Origin: Smithella sp.
GTDB taxonomy: Bacteria > Desulfobacterota > Syntrophia > Syntrophales > Smithellaceae
DNA length: 38,824 nt
NCBI GenBank assembly: GCA_050011015.1
Contig: JBEKJX010000013.1
Location: 1-38,824, forward strand
Reading direction: 5' to 3'
Shown piece by piece: positions 34,214 to 38,824 of the stretch. Numbering within the stretch: the first letter of the stretch is position 1; the number at the start of each line of letters is the position of its first letter. The translations under genes and the position numbers were made by a program. Below the pieces are notes generated by a model. It was not told where the DNA came from. It did no database searches and saw only the letters and a list, made by a program, of their open reading frames with translations.

Positions 34214-34502
34214 TTCTATGCTCCTTTCTTTTGCCTAAGCATAAAATGATTGTGAAAACATATAGCCCCGATTATAGTTAAGCCGTTGGTAAAACAGTAT
34301 CAGTCCGAAAGATTATATCACAAAACAAAAAGCGGTCTATCTATTGATGTGTAATGGTTAATTATATGAAAAGAATGCTTGCCAGTCAATAAAAATTCCT
34401 GCCGCGGGAAAATAAAAAATGGCAGAATTCTTGCTTTAAATATGATACATACTGTTAAACAGATCTATTTGTTAAGATTTTGTCATTCAGAAGGGGAAAG
34501 AT

Positions 34503-35681
34503 GTGAAAATATTATATTATGACTGTTTTTCCGGTATCAGCGGCGATATGAATCTGGGCGCCATGATTGATCTTGGAGTTCCGCTTGCGTATCTCACAGG
34601 CGAACTCAAAAAAGTTGATATAGACCCCTATGAGATATTAATGCATTCGGATAAGCGTAAGGGAATCGCGGGCACACGGATCGAAGTCGCCATTTTGCCG
34701 CACGATCCCTCACACGGGCATCGCACATTTCATGACATCTCCGGATTGATTCAACAAAGCGGCCTGTCTGAAAATGTAAAAATGATAAGCCTGAAAATCT
34801 TTGAGAAACTTGCCAGGGCAGAGGCGCACATTCACAGTCAGGAAATGGAAAATGTTCACTTCCACGAAATCGGAGCCGTCGATTCCATCATTGATATCGT
34901 CGGTGCCGCCGTTTGTCTCGATTATTTTAAGGTAGATCGGATTATGTCATCTCCTGTGCAGGTGGGAGGAGGCTTTGTAAAATGCGCTCATGGTATTCTG
35001 CCCGTTCCCGCGCCGGCGACGGCGGAGATATTAAAAGGCATCCCGGTAAAATCCGGTCTGGTTCCCTTTGAAACCACAACGCCGACGGGGGCGGCCATCC
35101 TCGCGGCCACAGTGGACAACTTTACGGACAACATAAATATCATCGCCGGGAAAATCGGATACGGCATCGGGCAGAGGGACACGGAGGTTCCGAATGTCCT
35201 GAGGGTTTATCTTGGTGAAATGGATAATCCCGCCTTTGATGAAGACGTTGAGGTAAAGGAAGCCTATCTGGTGGAATGCAATATCGACGATATGAATCCG
35301 GAACTTTACGGTTGGATCCTTGATGCCCTGTTCGAAAAAGGAGCATACGACGCTTACCTTGCCCCCATCATCATGAAGAAATCGCGTCCGGCTGTAAAGA
35401 TAAGCATCCTCTGCGGCGCAGGAGAGCTTAAAGACATCGAGGAAATCCTCTGGCTGCAAACGACAACATTCGGTTTACGAGTCGCAAAGGTCCGTAAAAA
35501 AATGTTGCGCAGGGACTTTTCAACACAACTCACGAAGTACGGCGAAGTCTCCGTCAAGAACGGCTATTTCCGGGGAAAGAAAATCAAATCCAAGCCGGAA
35601 TATGAAGACTGCCGGAAGCTGGCCGGCGAAAAAGGAGTCGGCATCAAGGATATATATGACAGCCTGGATAAGAATGACTGA
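34503..35681 (+). CDS. larC: LarC, nickel insertase for the nickel-pincer nucleotide (NPN) cofactor (DUF111 family)
   Basis: GTG start with SD AAGGGGAAAG. MKILYYDCFSGISGDMNLGAMIDLG, HFHEIGAVDSIIDIVG, and a C-terminal EYEDCRKLA block. Single uninterrupted ORF. Confidence 0.88.
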   Translation: MKILYYDCFSGISGDMNLGAMIDLGVPLAYLTGELKKVDIDPYEILMHSDKRKGIAGTRIEVAILPHDPSHGHRTFHDISGLIQQSGLSENVKMISLKIFEKLARAEAHIHSQEMENVHFHEIGAVDSIIDIVGAAVCLDYFKVDRIMSSPVQVGGGFVKCAHGILPVPAPATAEILKGIPVKSGLVPFETTTPTGAAILAATVDNFTDNINIIAGKIGYGIGQRDTEVPNVLRVYLGEMDNPAFDEDVEVKEAYLVECNIDDMNPELYGWILDALFEKGAYDAYLAPIIMKKSRPAVKISILCGAGELKDIEEILWLQTTTFGLRVAKVRKKMLRRDFSTQLTKYGEVSVKNGYFRGKKIKSKPEYEDCRKLAGEKGVGIKDIYDSLDKND

Positions 35682-36493
35682 TGAATCCGGATGAAAAGTA
35701 CAAAAAGCTGCTTGATTATCTGGCCTCCCTGCAATCCGGCATTGTTGCCTTATCGGGTGGAGCAGATAGTTCTTTTCTGCTTTCGGCCGCAAGCGATGCT
35801 CTGGGGGAAAGGGTGATGGCTGTTACGGTTTCCACACCCTACATATCGAAGCAGGAAATCATGGATGCGGCCCGGACGGCCGGGGGAATGGGGGTTAAGC
35901 ATAAGCTGCTCGAATTGCCGTTGATTGATGAAATAAAACTCAACCCCGAAAACCGTTGCTATCTGTGCAAACATTACCTGTTCTCCGTTTTGAAAGAAGA
36001 AGCGAAGAAAGAGGGAATGCGTTTTGTTATGGATGGGACGAATGCCGACGACCTTCATGATTACCGGCCGGGGATCAGGGCTTTAAAAGAACTGAATATT
36101 GTGAGTCCTTTCCTGAATCAGAAATGGACTAAAAACGACATACGGAATGCGGCAAAGAAGAGTGGTCTCGGCAATTGGAATAAACAGCCGGGGGCATGTC
36201 TGTTATCCAGAATGCCTTATGGACATGAAATTACTCTTCATGAACTGGAAATGATCGAAAAAGCCGAACAGTATTTAACCGGCATGGGTTTTGAATTTGT
36301 CAGGGTCCGCAGTTATGGAAATCTGGCGCGGATTGAGGTTCTGCCCGAAAACAGAAACAGATTCTTCTTCGAAGGTGTTCTGGATGAAATATCAGGCGCT
36401 CTCAGGGAGATAGGATATCTTTTTGTAACCATGGATCTTGAGGGTTATCGGATGGGCGGCATGAATCGTGAACTATCAGGGAAAAACAATTAA
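35681..36493 (+). CDS. larE: LarE, ATP-dependent sacrificial sulfur transferase (PP-loop ATP pyrophosphatase)
   Basis: PP-loop ALSGGADSSFLL. Conserved Cys loop QPGACLLSRMPYG. The start overlaps the larC stop (TGATG). Confidence 0.88.
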   Translation: MNPDEKYKKLLDYLASLQSGIVALSGGADSSFLLSAASDALGERVMAVTVSTPYISKQEIMDAARTAGGMGVKHKLLELPLIDEIKLNPENRCYLCKHYLFSVLKEEAKKEGMRFVMDGTNADDLHDYRPGIRALKELNIVSPFLNQKWTKNDIRNAAKKSGLGNWNKQPGACLLSRMPYGHEITLHELEMIEKAEQYLTGMGFEFVRVRSYGNLARIEVLPENRNRFFFEGVLDEISGALREIGYLFVTMDLEGYRMGGMNRELSGKNN

Positions 36494-36504
36494 AGGTTCA
36501 TAAT

Positions 36505-37254
36505 ATGAATAAAGATCAATTGCAGAAATTTCTGGAAAAAGTAAGAGACGGACAAATCACCGTAGAGGAAGGCATCGCCTCTCTTAAAGATTATTATTAC
36601 GCGGATTTAGGATGCGTCAAGCTTGACACTCATCGGGAAACGCGCGTGGGTTACCCGGAGGTGATATACTGTCCCGGCAAGACCATTGATCAGGTAAAAA
36701 CGGTGGTTCGGGCCATGTCGGAGAGAAACTCCAATATCCTCGCGACACGGGCGGACGAGAATGTGTTTAATGCGGTCCATGAGGTTTGTCCCGACGCCGT
36801 CTATCATTCAACGGCAAAAATCATCACGGTCAAAAAAAAGGATTTGGACATACCGGACAGTTACATCGCCGTCGTCACGGCCGGAACATCGGACATTCCG
36901 GTGGCGGAGGAAGCGTACGTTACGGCGGAATTTTTCGGTAACCGTGTCGAAAGAATAGTAGATGTCGGTGTGGCGGGCATTCATCGCCTGTTCCACAATA
37001 TGGACAAGATCAGGGGGGCGCGGGTAATTATTGTTGTTGCCGGAATGGAAGGGGCTCTTCCCAGCATCATTGGCGGGCTGGTGGATAAACCGGTTATTGC
37101 CGTGCCGACCAGTGTGGGTTACGGCGCCAGTTTTGGCGGTATCTCGGCTCTTTTGACCATGCTCAACAGTTGCGCCAGCGGTGTCTGCGTGGTTAATATC
37201 GATAACGGCTTCGGAGCGGGATACGTGGCCGGCATGATTAACCGTTTGAAATGA
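36505..37254 (+). CDS. larB: LarB, nicotinic acid adenine dinucleotide carboxylase/hydrolase (PurE-like)
   Basis: PurE-like C-terminal half VAVVTAGTSDIPVAEEA...VVAGMEGALPSIIGGL...VIAVPTSVGYG, with the N-terminal extension typical of LarB. Confidence 0.88.
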   Translation: MNKDQLQKFLEKVRDGQITVEEGIASLKDYYYADLGCVKLDTHRETRVGYPEVIYCPGKTIDQVKTVVRAMSERNSNILATRADENVFNAVHEVCPDAVYHSTAKIITVKKKDLDIPDSYIAVVTAGTSDIPVAEEAYVTAEFFGNRVERIVDVGVAGIHRLFHNMDKIRGARVIIVVAGMEGALPSIIGGLVDKPVIAVPTSVGYGASFGGISALLTMLNSCASGVCVVNIDNGFGAGYVAGMINRLK

Positions 37255-37352
37255 TATGTCCCTGCGTTAAAATTATACCGGCCTCAAGGAATGATACCAT
37301 TCAATATTCGTTCGCTTTCCCCGCAGCATACGAAGGTTTTTCGCTGTCGAAT

Positions 37353-38498
37353 TCAACGATTTAGATTTGTATGTATTATTTTTGCGCCGTCAAAACCGTT
37401 AAATTTTGTCGAAGAGGCAATACTGTACGCGCCGATATTTTCAGTAAGCAGATAATCTCCGATTTCCAGATTTCCCGGAAGCGAAACGGATTGGGATATT
37501 TTATCGAAACTGTCGCAAGTTTGTCCGACGACGGCACAGATTTCTTTTTCTCCATTCCTGAATGCGGTGAAATTGGGAAGCCAATGATCAAAGATCACAC
37601 CGGAAAAGGTATGATAAACGCCATCATTGATGTAATAGAAAATCTTCCCGTCTCTTCTGGATTTTCCGATGATTTCGGTGATCAGCGTTGCCGCGGTTGC
37701 CGCGATGAATCTTCCGGGTTCGGCTATAATTTCGACATCCGGAGGGAAGAGTCTTTGACATTCGGAATTGATGAGGCTTGCCAACTTTTCAAATTCTGGA
37801 ATCTGAGCATCATAGGGCACGGGAAAACCTCCGCCGATATCTATGATCTTCAAGCCGTATCCCTTTTTCCTGGCATTATTGATTATTTCAGATGTGATGG
37901 CAAGCGCTGCCGTATAATTGTCAAAATTTGTGCACTGGCTTCCCACGTGAAAACTCAACCCTTCAACCACAAGACCGGCATCGTGCGCCTGACGTAAAAG
38001 CTTCCCCGCATCTCCCGGCTCCGCTCCGAATTTCGAACTCATCTCAACTTGCGAACCTGAATCCGGCACCTTCAATCTTAGAATCAGGCCGGCCGTATTA
38101 CAGCAGGCCTTGATTTTCTTCAGTTCATCGCTATTGTCGAAGGTGACAAGGGGCCGGTATCTTTTTATCTTGCTCAGTGTTTTTTTGTCTTTGATGGTAT
38201 TGGAAAAAATAATCTTATCCCAGATAAAAAATTCCTGATCTTCTTCTTCGAAATGCTTGATATATTCGTAGATCTGCATGAATTCGTTGTAGGATGCGAC
38301 ATCAAAACTGGATCCTTCCAGAAAAAGGGTTTTGATGATCTCCGGATGGGTATTGGCCTTGACCGCGTAATAGCATTGGACCCTTGGCAGATTTTTCTTA
38401 AAGGTCCGGTAATTGCGCCTCAGCTTTTTGTGATCCATGATGAACAGGGGAGTCCCATGCTGTTTTATCAGTTCGGCAGTCTGTTTTTTCATTCTCAT
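37353..38498 (-). CDS. Type III PLP-dependent decarboxylase (ornithine/lysine/arginine decarboxylase-like, alanine-racemase fold)
   Basis: YAVKAN PLP-lysine motif, SFHVGSQ, IDIGGGFP, and EPGRF blocks. Confidence 0.85.
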   Translation of the reverse strand: MRMKKQTAELIKQHGTPLFIMDHKKLRRNYRTFKKNLPRVQCYYAVKANTHPEIIKTLFLEGSSFDVASYNEFMQIYEYIKHFEEEDQEFFIWDKIIFSNTIKDKKTLSKIKRYRPLVTFDNSDELKKIKACCNTAGLILRLKVPDSGSQVEMSSKFGAEPGDAGKLLRQAHDAGLVVEGLSFHVGSQCTNFDNYTAALAITSEIINNARKKGYGLKIIDIGGGFPVPYDAQIPEFEKLASLINSECQRLFPPDVEIIAEPGRFIAATAATLITEIIGKSRRDGKIFYYINDGVYHTFSGVIFDHWLPNFTAFRNGEKEICAVVGQTCDSFDKISQSVSLPGNLEIGDYLLTENIGAYSIASSTKFNGFDGAKIIHTNLNR

Positions 38499-38508
38499 CG
38501 TTTTATTT

Positions 38509-38824
38509 CTATCCCCGAAGCTTTTTCATCAGGCTTTTCAGCTGATCCACCTCTTTGTTGTTTTTAAGATAGGAGGCAACCAGTTTCTCATGCAGTTCGG
38601 CGCCACGGTGATAGAGCCTTTTTTGTTTTTTGGGCCTGGTCGTATGCCGGACATAGGCGACCATCAACGGCAAGGCCACCGTGACATCGAGATAGGCCGT
38701 GACGGTTTCATCCAGCTTTGTCGGATCGATCTTACCCCAACTTGCGGCTTCGCTGGGCGGAGCCCCCGATAATCCTCCCGTATCCGGTCTGGCGTCGGTA
38801 ATATTGATGTCATAATCCTGTCCA
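38509..38824 (-). CDS. Deoxyhypusine synthase-like / homospermidine synthase-like protein, N-terminally truncated by the right window edge
   Basis: Own translation: ...DARPDTGGLSGAPPSEAASWGKIDPTKLDETVTAYLDVTVALPLMVAY...KKLRG*. The SEA.SWGKI block is characteristic of the deoxyhypusine synthase family. The stop lies 10 nt before the decarboxylase start. Confidence 0.7.
   Translation of the reverse strand, partial: GQDYDINITDARPDTGGLSGAPPSEAASWGKIDPTKLDETVTAYLDVTVALPLMVAYVRHTTRPKKQKRLYHRGAELHEKLVASYLKNNKEVDQLKSLMKKLRG

Overview
This 38.8-kb window looks like chromosomal DNA from a strictly anaerobic, Fe-S-protein-rich bacterium. Gene content suggests a sulfate-reducer-like Desulfobacterota, but that is inference only. 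I recognised no rRNA, tRNA, CRISPR array, transposase or integrase.

Gene order, left to right:
- A 3'-truncated [NiFe]-hydrogenase small subunit on the minus strand. It runs off the left edge and is absent from the ORF track.
- A 949-aa ACP / fatty-acyl-AMP-ligase / lysophospholipid-acyltransferase fusion.
- An aminotransferase, a TetR regulator, an Fe-S protein and a flavoprotein.
- A ~5.9-kb segment bracketed by two diverged direct copies of a PilZ gene. It holds a eukaryote-type DNase II homologue, feoAB, fur and a small STAS-like ORF.
- A TPR lipoprotein.
- An ald / class-III aminotransferase / SCP2 / APC-permease operon next to a frameshifted TetR gene.
- DUF2284, a small Cys-rich secreted protein, and cfa.
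- Two tandem TMTC-like (GT-C membrane domain + TPR) paralogues separated by TTAAG/GTGAAG repeat elements.
- A four-gene operon of Tat-exported or membrane redox proteins (AKR-FeS, lipoprotein, DUF362, NapH-like polyferredoxin). It is divergent from larC-larE-larB (nickel-pincer nucleotide cofactor synthesis), and no larA is in view.
- An ornithine-decarboxylase-like gene and a deoxyhypusine-synthase-like gene, the latter running off the right edge.

The most interesting hypothesis is that the orphan lar genes serve the adjacent Tat-exported DUF362 protein. That protein carries an H-x9-K-x13-H motif resembling the cofactor-binding residues of LarA.

All calls come from reading translations and repeats by eye. 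No database search or folding computation was run. Several ORF-track starts are TTG or GTG, and I trimmed them to better-supported starts.
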